Assembly: GCA_049437325.1 (NCBI GenBank)
Contig: JBMTIM010000004.1
Coordinates: 13,983-77,982, forward strand
DNA length: 64,000 nucleotides
Direction of reading: 5' to 3'
From: Acidimicrobiales bacterium
GTDB taxonomy: Bacteria > Actinomycetota > Acidimicrobiia > Acidimicrobiales > Aldehydirespiratoraceae
Shown here: positions 8,779-18,258 of the stretch, piece after piece
Layout of the letters: every line of letters starts with the position of its first letter
Position numbering within the stretch: position 1 is the stretch's first letter
The notes under the pieces: model-generated
What the model was told of the DNA's origin: nothing
Seen by the model: the letters and a program-made list of their open reading frames with translations, nothing else
Databases searched by the model: none
Translations under genes and position numbers: made by a program

Positions 8779-10281
8779 GTGAGCGAGTCCCGGACCTATC
8801 TGGTCAAGACCTTCGGGTGTCAAATGAACGAGCACGACTCGGAGCGGATCTCCGGGCTGCTCGAAGCCGATGGTCTCGTCCGTGTCGACGCCGAGGCCGA
8901 TGCCGATGTGATCGTTCTCAACACGTGTTGCATCCGGGAAAACGCTGACAACAAGCTGTACGGCGCTCTGGGTCATCTCAAGGGGCTCAAAGAGCTGAAG
9001 CCGAGTCTGCAGATCGCTGTCGGGGGTTGTCTTGCCCAGAAGGATCGTGACTCGATCCGCGATCGGGCCGGTCATGTCGATGTCGTGTTCGGCACCCACA
9101 ATGTCCACCGAGCGGTCGAGTTGCTCGATCATGCAGCTGTGCATGGTCCGATCGTCGAGATACTCGAAGCGGCTGCGCGTGAGGATGCCGACGCGTTCCC
9201 ATCGGCACTGCCGGCGGTACGCGAGGTCGATCATGCCGGGTGGCTCACGATCCAGATCGGGTGCGACAACAGCTGCGCCTTTTGCATCGTGCCAGCGGTC
9301 CGAGGCCCCGAGATTTCTCGTCCGTTCGGTGAACTTGTGACCGAGGCACGACAACTGGCTGCCGACGGCGTGAGTGAGATCACCCTCCTCGGCCAGAATG
9401 TCAACAGCTTTGGTCGGGATCTCACCCTTACCCGCCGAGCGGCGGCAGCACAGAACCTCCCTGCCGATGCACCCCCCGACCTCGGTGATGCATGGTGGTG
9501 CGGGGAACGGTGGACCGACGACCGGCGAGCGCGTCCACTCTTCGGTGACCTGTTGCGAGCAGTCGGTGCGATCGATGGTGTTCATCGAGTCCGCTACACA
9601 TCGCCGCATCCCAAAGACATGCGCACCGAAACCTTCGAGGCGATGGCAGCAACCCCAGAGGTCTGTGAACATCTCCACTTTCCGCTGCAGTCCGGAAGCG
9701 ACACGGTGTTGGCGGCGATGCACCGCGGTTACACCGCCGAGCGGTACCTCGAGAAGCTGCGCGAAGCGCGAGCCATGATCGAGGGACTCGCCGTGTCGAC
9801 CGACATCATCGTTGGTTTCCCGGGGGAGACCGATGCCGACTTCGAGCGCACCCTCGAAGTCGCGGCAGCGGCAGAATATGACAGCGCCTTCACCTTCGTC
9901 TTCAGTCCTCGGCCCGGCACGGAAGCGGCCGATCTGCTCGACGCGGATCCATCGCTCGCCGTACCGCACGAAGTTGCCGTCGAGCGCTACGAGCGGCTGC
10001 GCACCGTGATCGAGCGGTCGTCACTGAGGGCCAACATGAACCGCGTCGGCGAGGTCGAAGAGGTCACCGTCGAAGGACCGAGCAAGAAAGATCCAGCCGT
10101 GCTGACGGGTCGCACACGACGAAACACACTCGTGCACTTCGCCAGTCCGACCCCGATCAAAGCCGGCTCGTACGCCACGGTCGCCATCACCGAGGGCAAG
10201 ACGAATCATCTCCTCGGTGACCTGATCGAGGTGACGGTGCCGGCGCGTCACCGAACACGCATTCCCGTCGCTGCCGGCTGA
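8779..10281 (+). CDS. miaB: tRNA (N6-isopentenyl-A37)-C2-methylthiotransferase
   Basis: N-terminal UPF0004 domain (TFGCQMNEHDSE), radical-SAM CDNSCAFC cluster motif, C-terminal TRAM domain. Conserved position next to miaA. Confidence 0.93.
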   Translation: MSESRTYLVKTFGCQMNEHDSERISGLLEADGLVRVDAEADADVIVLNTCCIRENADNKLYGALGHLKGLKELKPSLQIAVGGCLAQKDRDSIRDRAGHVDVVFGTHNVHRAVELLDHAAVHGPIVEILEAAAREDADAFPSALPAVREVDHAGWLTIQIGCDNSCAFCIVPAVRGPEISRPFGELVTEARQLAADGVSEITLLGQNVNSFGRDLTLTRRAAAAQNLPADAPPDLGDAWWCGERWTDDRRARPLFGDLLRAVGAIDGVHRVRYTSPHPKDMRTETFEAMAATPEVCEHLHFPLQSGSDTVLAAMHRGYTAERYLEKLREARAMIEGLAVSTDIIVGFPGETDADFERTLEVAAAAEYDSAFTFVFSPRPGTEAADLLDADPSLAVPHEVAVERYERLRTVIERSSLRANMNRVGEVEEVTVEGPSKKDPAVLTGRTRRNTLVHFASPTPIKAGSYATVAITEGKTNHLLGDLIEVTVPARHRTRIPVAAG

Positions 10282-10296
10282 GCCAGCAGGTCGAGC

Positions 10297-10857
10297 GTGT
10301 CCGTCGAGCGCTTTCCTCTCAGCGACCCGGCGTTGCCGGTCGACCCCGAGGCCGTGGCTCGGTCGCTGGGAGCTGCACTGTCGAGTCGACACGGCGCGCC
10401 ACATGAGCGCACAGCGAGCGCCGGCGACGCCGACCGATCCTCGTGGCCCCTGCAGGACCTGGCGACCCATCTGCTCGCAGCAGCGCAGACAAAACGAGGA
10501 ACTGTCTCCACCGGCCCGCTGGAGGGTCGCGATCTTCGAGCACTCGCTGAGTCCGCCAGGCGAGCAGTCGACGCCCTTCCCCCGGGAAGGGCACTTGTGC
10601 CGGTGCGGCTTGGCCTGACCCTCGACCACTGCATGATCTCGACGCAGGGCGATGTCCAGATCGTGGGGACGACTGTCTTGAGCGACCGGCACCTCGATCT
10701 TGCCGCAGCTGCGGTCGGTGTTGCCCTTCGCTTCGGGAGTGCAGTTGTGGCGCCACTGGTCGACGCATACGGAGAGGACCATGTGGAACTGTTGACGCTC
10801 GACACCTGTCAGCAGCTCAATGCGATTGCCTTCGACGTCGGGTGGCCCGATGTCTAG
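10297..10857 (+). CDS. Hypothetical protein with degenerate phosphotransferase (APH-like) C-lobe motif
   Basis: 186-aa ORF with GC3 bias, GTG start. SDRHLDLAAA resembles the APH/choline-kinase DRxxDLA motif, but the catalytic HGD is not evident. The stop overlaps the miaA start. Confidence 0.5.
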   Translation: MSVERFPLSDPALPVDPEAVARSLGAALSSRHGAPHERTASAGDADRSSWPLQDLATHLLAAAQTKRGTVSTGPLEGRDLRALAESARRAVDALPPGRALVPVRLGLTLDHCMISTQGDVQIVGTTVLSDRHLDLAAAAVGVALRFGSAVVAPLVDAYGEDHVELLTLDTCQQLNAIAFDVGWPDV

Positions 10858-11812
10858 CGGTCAGATCATCGAGGGTCGTGCCGCGCGCCCCCTCTCCATC
10901 CTGGGCCCGACCGCGTCTGGCAAGTCGTCACTGGCGCTCGGGGTGGTCGAGCTCCTCGCAGCGCAGGGCCAACCCGCCGAACTGGTGTCGATCGACTCGA
11001 TGCAGGTGTATGCCGGCATGAACGTCGGCACGGCCAAACCGACACCCGCGGAACAAGCTGCTGTGCCCCACCACCTCATCAACCTGGTGGATCCGTCCGA
11101 GGTGTTCACCGTTGCGGCGTTTCAGCGGAGCGCAAAGAAGGTCATCACCGACATTTGCGCACGGGGCGCAGTACCGATCCTGGTTGGCGGTACGGGCCTC
11201 TACCTTCGATCGGTCATCGACGATCTCGACATCCCGCCGCAGTTCCCCGACACTCGTTCGGTTCTGGACGCTGAACTCGCTGCGGGTACCTCGATCGAGA
11301 CGATGTACGAGCGGCTCTCCGAGCTGGACCCGACGGCAGCCGAGCGGATGGAGCCGAACAATGAGCGGCGCATTCTCCGCGCGCTGGAGGTGGTGCTTGG
11401 CAGCGGGCGTCTGTTCTCTTCGTTCGGGCCCGGTCTCGAGACCTATCCCGCTACACCGTTCGTGCAGGTGGCGATCCGATGGCCGCGCAACGAACTCGAC
11501 GAACGAATCGAACGACGCTACGCCGATCAAATGGCAGCTGGATTTCTCGATGAGGTCCGGTGGTTGCGCAAGACCGGCCCGAGTCACACGGCTGCGCAAG
11601 CTCTCGGGTATCGGGAGCTGCTGGCGCATCTCGATGGCGAAACCACACTCGACGATGCGCTCGAGCTTGCGATCACTCGGACCCGCCAGTTTGCTCGCCG
11701 ACAGGAGCGCTGGTTTCGTCGCGACCCGCGGATCGTCTGGCTCGATGCTCCCGTCGACCCCGCTGACGCCATGGTGGTGTGGGATCAGGCCCTTGCTGGG
11801 TCGGTTCCTTGA
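10850..11812 (+). CDS. miaA: tRNA dimethylallyltransferase
   Basis: P-loop GPTASGKSSLAL, then DSMQVYAGMNVGTAKPT and GGTGLY motifs. ATG at 10850 overlaps the upstream TAG stop (ATGTCTAG). Confidence 0.93.
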   Translation: MSSGQIIEGRAARPLSILGPTASGKSSLALGVVELLAAQGQPAELVSIDSMQVYAGMNVGTAKPTPAEQAAVPHHLINLVDPSEVFTVAAFQRSAKKVITDICARGAVPILVGGTGLYLRSVIDDLDIPPQFPDTRSVLDAELAAGTSIETMYERLSELDPTAAERMEPNNERRILRALEVVLGSGRLFSSFGPGLETYPATPFVQVAIRWPRNELDERIERRYADQMAAGFLDEVRWLRKTGPSHTAAQALGYRELLAHLDGETTLDDALELAITRTRQFARRQERWFRRDPRIVWLDAPVDPADAMVVWDQALAGSVP

Positions 11813-11846
11813 ATCACCGACCAGAGTCACCTCTGGACCTGCGACA

Positions 11847-12683
11847 ATGGAGCACATGGCCGAGTCGATCCACCTTTCGAAACACCACGGGCTCGGCAAC
11901 GACTTCTTGGTGTGCCTCTTCGATCACCTGCCCGGTGACGCGCCTGCCCGGGCGATTGCGTGGTGTGATCGTCACACCGGCATCGGTGCCGACGGTGTGA
12001 TCTTCGGCCTGCCCGCCGCTCCCGGGAGTGGATCCGACATCGTGATGCGATTGCTCAACAGTGATGGCAGTGCAGCAGAGATCAGTGGCAACGGGTTGCG
12101 ATGCTTTGCACAAGCGGTCGCCCGCCGGCAGGGACGTCGCGACGTCAGGATCGACGTCTCGACCCCGGCCGGCATTCGTTCGTGTGACGTCCATGCCACC
12201 GATGACCCGGCCACGGTCATGGTCACGGTCGACATGGGCACCGTCCGTTCAGGACCGGATCCCGATGCCGGCCATCGGATGGCGGCATCGGCGGCACCGT
12301 TCGCATCGGTGAAGCGGTGGGAAACCGGCGATATCGGCAACCCGCACGTGGTGTGCGAAGTCGATGATCCCGACGCCATCGACTTGCAGGTCGTCGGGCC
12401 TGCGATCGAATCACTTTTCGCAGCAGGTGCCAATGTGCACTTCGCCGCTGTTTCGGGCGACGACGAGCTGTCGATCCGCGTGTGGGAACGCGGCGCCGGC
12501 ATCACGAACGCCTGCGGAAGCGGTGCTGTGGTTGCCGCTGATGTGTTTCATCGTTGGGGCCTGGTGGGTCGAAACGTCATCGTGCACATGCCGGGAGGGA
12601 ACGCACGTGTCGACATCGGCGATTCGCTCAGGTTGACCGGTCCTGCCGTCCACATCGCCGACGTGGTCGTGGCCGACCGATGA
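11847..12683 (+). CDS. dapF: Diaminopimelate epimerase
   Basis: HGLGNDF N-terminal motif, catalytic-Cys contexts SGNGLRCF and NACGSGA. It is the in-frame distal part of the artefactual 523-aa ORF. The start could also be 11856. Confidence 0.9.
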   Translation: MEHMAESIHLSKHHGLGNDFLVCLFDHLPGDAPARAIAWCDRHTGIGADGVIFGLPAAPGSGSDIVMRLLNSDGSAAEISGNGLRCFAQAVARRQGRRDVRIDVSTPAGIRSCDVHATDDPATVMVTVDMGTVRSGPDPDAGHRMAASAAPFASVKRWETGDIGNPHVVCEVDDPDAIDLQVVGPAIESLFAAGANVHFAAVSGDDELSIRVWERGAGITNACGSGAVVAADVFHRWGLVGRNVIVHMPGGNARVDIGDSLRLTGPAVHIADVVVADR

Positions 12684-12728
12684 CCGCGCAATGGCTCGGC
12701 GTGGTGCAGTGGATGGGGAGCGCTCGTC

Positions 12729-14171
12729 GTGACTGAACGCAACGGTGCACCGGTCTTCGACGAATCGGACGTGCCCGAGGATGCGACCGAGTGGCTCGAC
12801 GCACGAGGGGACGGCGACCACGCGTCGCATCGCGGTGCTTTTGGTGACTTTGGTGGCGAGTCGGACGGTCTCATCGAGCGAACGTTTCGGGAGCGGATCG
12901 TCTTGGTCGGTGTGACCACCGCTGGGCGCGACCCTGAGGAGACCGATGCCAGCCTCGACGAGCTGGCTCTGCTGGTCGACACCGCCGGCGCTGACGCTGT
13001 CGTTCGACTTCATCAGCGCCGCTCGGCACCCGATGCTGCGACCTACGTCGGCAAAGGCAAGGCCCAAGAAATCAAGCAGGCTGCGGTAGCAGTCGATTGC
13101 GACACGGTGGTGTTCGACGACGAGTTGACGCCGGCCCAGCAGCACAACCTCGAAAAGATCTTGGGTCGGTCGGCGCTCGACCGCACGGCGGTCATTCTCG
13201 ACATCTTCGCCCAGAACGCGTCCAGCCAGGAGGGCAAGGCACAGGTCGAACTCGCCCAGCTTCGATATCGACTTCCCCGTCTCCGGGCAAGCGGGCGGAC
13301 CTTCAGTCAGCAGGGTGGCGGGATCGGAACGCGAGGTCCGGGCGAGACGCAGCTCGAGGTTGACCGTCGGCGGCTGGTGCGTCGCGTCCACAAACTCGAA
13401 GCTGATCTTCGCAAAGTCCAGGCCCACCGCGAGACGCAATCGAAGCAGCGGTCGCGGACCCGAAACCGTGCCATCGCCCTTGTCGGCTACACCAATGCCG
13501 GCAAATCGTCGCTGCTGAATCGACTCACCGAAGCCGATGTCCTCGTCGAGGACCGACTCTTCGCCACCCTCGACGCCACCACGCGACGCCTGGCACTGCC
13601 GGGAGGTGAGACGGTTTTTGCGACCGACACTGTCGGGTTCGTGCGAAAGCTCCCCCACCAACTCGTCACCGCCTTCAAGACCACGCTCGACGTGGTCAGA
13701 GACGCTGACCTCCTCGTTCACGTCGTCGATGGTTCCGGACCCGACCCAGAGGGCTCGATGGCTGCAGTGCGGGAAGTGCTCGACGAGATCGGCGCGGGCG
13801 ACGTGCCCGAACTGCTCGTGTTCAACAAGGCTGACCGGCTCGACGTCAATCGCATGAGTGGCGCACATCGTTTGGTCGAACGATTCGAGGGATCGGTTGC
13901 GGTGTCCGCTCACTCCGGTGAAAACCTCGATCACCTGTTGGCTGTCATCGGTGATCGGGTCCGGTCGATGACCGAGCTCGCCGAGCTGATGATTCCGTGG
14001 GACCGCGGCGACGTCTTGGCATCGGTCCATCGCGAAGGGCAGGTGCTGTCCGAGTCGGCAGAAGAACAAGGCATGCGCTTGCGGGCTCGGCTCGAACCGG
14101 CCTCCCTTGGGGCGCTGCGCGAGTATCTGACCGAAGCATCGCCTGCCCCCATCGATTCGGAGACGCCGTGA
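12729..14171 (+). CDS. hflX: GTPase HflX
   Basis: HflX N-domain (AQNASSQEGKAQVELAQLRY, GGGIGTRGPGETQLE) followed by G-domain motifs GYTNAGKSSL, DTVGF, NKAD. Confidence 0.93.
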   Translation: MTERNGAPVFDESDVPEDATEWLDARGDGDHASHRGAFGDFGGESDGLIERTFRERIVLVGVTTAGRDPEETDASLDELALLVDTAGADAVVRLHQRRSAPDAATYVGKGKAQEIKQAAVAVDCDTVVFDDELTPAQQHNLEKILGRSALDRTAVILDIFAQNASSQEGKAQVELAQLRYRLPRLRASGRTFSQQGGGIGTRGPGETQLEVDRRRLVRRVHKLEADLRKVQAHRETQSKQRSRTRNRAIALVGYTNAGKSSLLNRLTEADVLVEDRLFATLDATTRRLALPGGETVFATDTVGFVRKLPHQLVTAFKTTLDVVRDADLLVHVVDGSGPDPEGSMAAVREVLDEIGAGDVPELLVFNKADRLDVNRMSGAHRLVERFEGSVAVSAHSGENLDHLLAVIGDRVRSMTELAELMIPWDRGDVLASVHREGQVLSESAEEQGMRLRARLEPASLGALREYLTEASPAPIDSETP

Positions 14172-15289
14172 CCCACCCGTACGAGACGCCGTATGTTCCG
14201 CCGCCGTATCCCTACGATCTGCTCGACGAGCTTCGCAGCATTGCGCAGGAGCGGTTCGGGTCGGTGATCGACTGCTCGATCGGTGCTCCGGTCGATCCTC
14301 CGCCACCCGCCGTCGTTGCCGCCCTCTCGACGTCGAACCTCGAACGCGGGTACCCACCGTCGGTTGGCACGCCTGGATATCGGGAGGCGGCGGCCCGCTG
14401 GCTGCAGCGGGTGGCCGGTGTCGACATCGATCCCGCAACGCAGATCGGTGCCGCAGTGGGCACGAAGGAGTTCGTGGCAATGACGCCGCACGTTCTTCGG
14501 ATGCGAATGCCCCACCGAGACACGATTCTGTATCCCGAGGTGTCCTACCCCAGTTACGAGCAGGGCGCGATCTTCTCGGGTTGTCGAGCCGTTCCGGTGG
14601 CGGTCGATGACAGGTGGCGAATCGATCTCGATGCGATCGACCCTGCTGATGCAGCCCGTGCGTTGTGTTTGTGGATCAATTCCCCGGGCAACCCCGCCGG
14701 AGGCATCGACGATCTCGCTGCCGCAGCTGCGTGGGGTCGGGCCAACGACGTCCTGGTGCTTTCCGACGAGTGCTACATCGAGTTCACGTGGGACGGACCG
14801 CCGCAATCGATTTTGCAGAGCGGCGTCGACGGTGTCCTCGCAGTCCATTCGCTGTCGAAGCGTTCGAACTTCGCCGGCGCCCGTGCCGGCTTCTACGCCG
14901 GCGATCCCGATCTCGTCCAGTACCTGAAAGAAGTTCGAAAGCATGGGGGTCTGATCGTTCCGGGACCGGTGCAGGCGGCGGCCATCGTTGCGTTCGACGA
15001 TCAGACGCACGTCGAGGAGCAGCGCAAGGTGTACCTCCAGCGGCTCGAGATCGGTATCGAGTTGATGCGAGCGGCGGGAGCCGCGGTCGAGATGCCAGGG
15101 GGTGGTTTCTACCTCTGGGCGGAGGCCCCAGCTCATGATTCGTGGGCATTGGCACGGGCTCTCGCTGAACGGTCGGGTGTCATCGTGAGCCCCGGCGAGT
15201 TCTACGGTCGTCGAACCGACTATGTGCGCTTTGCCGCGGTCCAGCCCACCGCTGACCTGCAGCTCGCGCTCGAGCGAATGAACAGCTGA
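14168..15289 (+). CDS. dapC: Succinyldiaminopimelate transaminase
   Basis: GTG at 14168 overlaps the hflX stop (GTGA). Aminotransferase class I with YPYDLLDEL...IDCSIGAPVDPPP N-terminus and SLSKRSNFAGARAG PLP-lysine motif. Sits between dapF and dapD/dapE. Confidence 0.75.
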   Translation: MTHPYETPYVPPPYPYDLLDELRSIAQERFGSVIDCSIGAPVDPPPPAVVAALSTSNLERGYPPSVGTPGYREAAARWLQRVAGVDIDPATQIGAAVGTKEFVAMTPHVLRMRMPHRDTILYPEVSYPSYEQGAIFSGCRAVPVAVDDRWRIDLDAIDPADAARALCLWINSPGNPAGGIDDLAAAAAWGRANDVLVLSDECYIEFTWDGPPQSILQSGVDGVLAVHSLSKRSNFAGARAGFYAGDPDLVQYLKEVRKHGGLIVPGPVQAAAIVAFDDQTHVEEQRKVYLQRLEIGIELMRAAGAAVEMPGGGFYLWAEAPAHDSWALARALAERSGVIVSPGEFYGRRTDYVRFAAVQPTADLQLALERMNS

Positions 15290-15364
15290 GCGCCCGAACC
15301 ACGGCCGAGGAGTGGGGCCGGCGGCTGGGCCCAGCGCCGGGCAGCGAGCGATAGCCTGCGGCAC

Positions 15365-16213
15365 ATGGCTGACCCTTTGCTTTCGTCGACGACTGATCTG
15401 CAAGCCCGTGTCGAGGCGCTCTGGGCCGACCGCGATGCGATCGATACCGACGATCCCGAGATCGTGGGAACTGTGACCGAGGCAATCGATGCACTCGACA
15501 CGGGCGTGGCGAGAGTCGCGGAGTGGAATGCAGATGGCTCCGTCACCGTGAACCAGTGGTGCAAGTACGCCGTGCTCCTGCTGTTCAAGACCGCCAAGAT
15601 GGACACCATCGAACATGGCCCGTTCGAGTACGCCGACAAGATTCCGTTGAAGACCGACTACATGGCCCGTGGGGTTCGGGTCGTACCCGGAGCCCAGGCC
15701 CGGTGGGGGAGCTATCAGGCGCCCGGCGTCGTGATGATGCCCAGCTACACCAACATCGGCGCGTACGTGGGGGAGAACACCATGGTCGACACGTGGGCCA
15801 CGGTTGGGAGTTGCGCGCAGATCGGCGCAAACGTGCATCTCTCCGGTGGGGTCGGTATCGGAGGGGTACTCGAACCTGCACAAGCGGCGCCGGTGATGAT
15901 CGGTGATGACTGCATGATCGGGAGCCGAGCGATCGTCGCTGAGGGAGCCCGTGTAGGACAGGGCACCGTTCTCGGCGCTGGGGCCATCCTGACCGGCTCG
16001 ATTCCGGTGATCGATGTCGAGACGGGTGACGAGATCAGCCGCGGCGAGGTGCCGGCATGGTGTGTGGCTGTCGCTGGTACCCGTCCCAAGTCCTTCGCCG
16101 GTGGTTCGTTCGGGCTGCCCTGCATCCTCGTGTTGAAGCGGCTCGCCGAGGGTGAGCGCCATGACAAAGGAGCCCTCAACGAGATCCTGCGCGATCACGG
16201 CCAGGCGGTGTGA
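15365..16213 (+). CDS. dapD: 2,3,4,5-tetrahydropyridine-2,6-dicarboxylate N-succinyltransferase
   Basis: 282 aa. N-terminal helical domain plus left-handed beta-helix hexapeptide repeats (GAYVGENTMVDTWATVGSCAQIGANVHLSGGVGIGG), E. coli DapD-type architecture. Confidence 0.88.
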   Translation: MADPLLSSTTDLQARVEALWADRDAIDTDDPEIVGTVTEAIDALDTGVARVAEWNADGSVTVNQWCKYAVLLLFKTAKMDTIEHGPFEYADKIPLKTDYMARGVRVVPGAQARWGSYQAPGVVMMPSYTNIGAYVGENTMVDTWATVGSCAQIGANVHLSGGVGIGGVLEPAQAAPVMIGDDCMIGSRAIVAEGARVGQGTVLGAGAILTGSIPVIDVETGDEISRGEVPAWCVAVAGTRPKSFAGGSFGLPCILVLKRLAEGERHDKGALNEILRDHGQAV

Positions 16214-16247
16214 GGTCGGACGATTGCAGTCAGGGAACGCAGGGCCA

Positions 16248-17327
16248 ATGGCGGGACTTCCCCGTGGCGATGTCTGGCAGCTCACTGCAGCGTTGGTCGA
16301 CATTGCGTCGGAGAGCTTCCAGGAACAAGACATCGTCGGCGTGCTCGAGTCTGAGCTGCGCGCCTGCGACCATCTGATCGTTGATCGGATCGGTGACAAC
16401 CTGATCGCTCGAACCGAGCTGGGCCGAGAGCGGCGTCTCGTGCTCGGCGGGCACACCGACACGGTCCCAGCAAACGACAACGCCGGGGCTCGGATCGATG
16501 GCGACCGGATGTTCGGGGTCGGCACCACCGACATGAAAGGTGGCGTTGCGACAATTGTCGAGTTGGCGCGTTCGGTCATCGAGCCGGCGGTGGACGTCAC
16601 CTACGTCCTGTACGCACGCGAAGAGGTTGCGCTTGTTCACAACGGATTGCGCGAGATCGAAGCTCAACGACCTGAGCTCCTCGATGGCGATGTGGCCCTG
16701 CTCGGTGAACCGACTCATGGCGCCCTGGAGGCTGGCTGCCAGGGCACCTTGCGCGCCGAGGTGACACTGCGCGGTGATCGCGCCCACACAGCACGGCCCT
16801 GGATGGGTCGCAATGCCATCCACCGTCTTGCGGACCTGCTCATGATCGTCAGCGCGTTCGACGAACGTCGACCGCTTGTCGATGGCTGCGAGTACCGCGA
16901 GGCCCTGCAGGCCGTTCACGTCGAGGGTGGCGTGGCCGGCAACGTCGTGCCCGACGCTGCGATGGTGCGGATCAACTATCGATTCGCACCTGACCGCTCA
17001 GCCGACGATGCCGTCGCACATGTTCGGGCCCTCCTTGCGCCGGTGATGCAAGAGGGCGACACCTTCGAGGTGACCGACCTGTCACCCGGCGCACGGCCGG
17101 GACTGGGGGACCCGCTGATCACCGCGCTTGTGGAGCGAAACGACCTCGAGGTGCGGGCCAAGCTCGGCTGGACCGACGTGGCGTTCTTTGCGGCGCGCGG
17201 CGTACCGGCGTCGAACTTCGGCCCTGGCGACCCGACCATCGCACACACGCAGGGCGAATATCTCGAGCGACAGTGGCTGATGGACACCCATGCCGCTCTG
17301 CTCGACCTCGTGACCCATGGCGCGTGA
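16248..17327 (+). CDS. dapE: Succinyl-diaminopimelate desuccinylase (M20 peptidase family)
   Basis: M20 motifs (LVLGGHTDTVP, GVGTTDMKGG, LLGEPT). ATG at 16248 lies after the dapD stop. Actinobacterial-type DapE by context. Confidence 0.85.
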   Translation: MAGLPRGDVWQLTAALVDIASESFQEQDIVGVLESELRACDHLIVDRIGDNLIARTELGRERRLVLGGHTDTVPANDNAGARIDGDRMFGVGTTDMKGGVATIVELARSVIEPAVDVTYVLYAREEVALVHNGLREIEAQRPELLDGDVALLGEPTHGALEAGCQGTLRAEVTLRGDRAHTARPWMGRNAIHRLADLLMIVSAFDERRPLVDGCEYREALQAVHVEGGVAGNVVPDAAMVRINYRFAPDRSADDAVAHVRALLAPVMQEGDTFEVTDLSPGARPGLGDPLITALVERNDLEVRAKLGWTDVAFFAARGVPASNFGPGDPTIAHTQGEYLERQWLMDTHAALLDLVTHGA

Positions 17328-17339
17328 GCGCCGCAGAGC

Positions 17340-17969
17340 TCAGAGCTTGCGCATGACGGTGACGACCTTGCCGAAGATCGAGATCTCGGATGGGTCGAAC
17401 ACCATGTCGGTGAGCGAAGGGTTGTGGGGGACGAGCACGACCTTGCCGTCGCGTTCGTCGTAGGTCTTGACCGTCGCCTCGTCGCCCGGAATGCCGGCGA
17501 CGACGATGTCGCCCTTGTCGGCGGTGGCCTGGCTGTGACAGACGACGAAGTCGCCGTCGAAGATGCCGATATCGACCATCGACTCACCGCGGACCCGCAA
17601 CATGAACAACTCGCCGTCTCCGGTGAGGTCGGCGGGCATGGGAACGACCTCCTCGATGTTCTCGGTGGCGAGCACATCGGTGCCCGCAGCGACGTCGCCG
17701 ACCAGTGGTACATGGCGAACGGGGCGACGCTCGACGTTGGCGCCGGAGTTCCCTTCGTATCGGACCTGAATGGCACGGGGCTTCGACGGGTCGCGGACCA
17801 GGTAGCCGGCGTCCTTGAGGTTGTCGAGGTGGGATTTGACGGTGGCGGGGGACTTGAGACCGACGGCTTCGCCGATTTCGCGCACCGACGGGGGATACCC
17901 CCGTTCGTTCTGGTGCTCGACGATGACGTCGAGGATCTGGCGCTGACGGGGGGTGAGCGTGTCGGACAT
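17340..17969 (-). CDS. lexA: Transcriptional repressor LexA
   Basis: MSDTLTPRQRQILDVI wHTH N-terminus, AAG cleavage site (VAAGTD), S24 peptidase Ser/Lys (GESM ... VKTY). ATG at 17969; the 97-aa upstream extension of the ORF looks non-coding. Confidence 0.96.
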   Translation of the reverse strand: MSDTLTPRQRQILDVIVEHQNERGYPPSVREIGEAVGLKSPATVKSHLDNLKDAGYLVRDPSKPRAIQVRYEGNSGANVERRPVRHVPLVGDVAAGTDVLATENIEEVVPMPADLTGDGELFMLRVRGESMVDIGIFDGDFVVCHSQATADKGDIVVAGIPGDEATVKTYDERDGKVVLVPHNPSLTDMVFDPSEISIFGKVVTVMRKL

Positions 17970-18089
17970 GGTGCCTCGCTGTGCGGTGGTGAGCCGGCCG
18001 GCTCGGGTTGTGGAAAACCCTGTGGATGGTGTTGGGGACAGGTCGGGCGGTTGTCTGGGGACAACCTGTGGATTTCTTGCAGATGTTGC

Positions 18090-18173
18090 TTGACAGCGAA
18101 CAGGTGTTCGGTATTGAATAGTCGAACGAGCGTTCGCCGGACACATGTTCGCCAAACATCCGTTCGGTGTCAA
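18090..18173. promoter_or_regulatory. Array of four LexA boxes flanked by opposed TTGACA hexamers (lexA / LysM-gene control region)
   Basis: CGAACAGGTGTTCG (18097-18110) and CGAACGAGCGTTCG (18123-18136) are perfect. CGGACACATGTTCG (18138-18151) and CAAACATCCGTTCG (18153-18166) each have one mismatch. TTGACA on the + strand at 18090-18095 is followed by TATTGAAT. TTGACA on the - strand is at 18168-18173. Confidence 0.8.
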
Positions 18174-18229
18174 GTACCAGCGGGAACAATCTTCACGGCG
18201 AAGGCTCCGGTCGGATCGAATCCGATCCC

Positions 18230-18251
18230 TGTCACACCCCCTCAGCAGACT
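18230..18251 (+). promoter_or_regulatory. Second copy of the TGTCACACCCCCT element immediately upstream of the LysM gene start
   Basis: The 13-mer at 18230-18242 is identical to 7544-7556 upstream of recA. It is followed at the same spacing by CAGACT (18246-18251). The ATG at 18259 would then be at or near the transcript 5' end. Confidence 0.4.
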
Positions 18252-18258
18252 GAATCCC

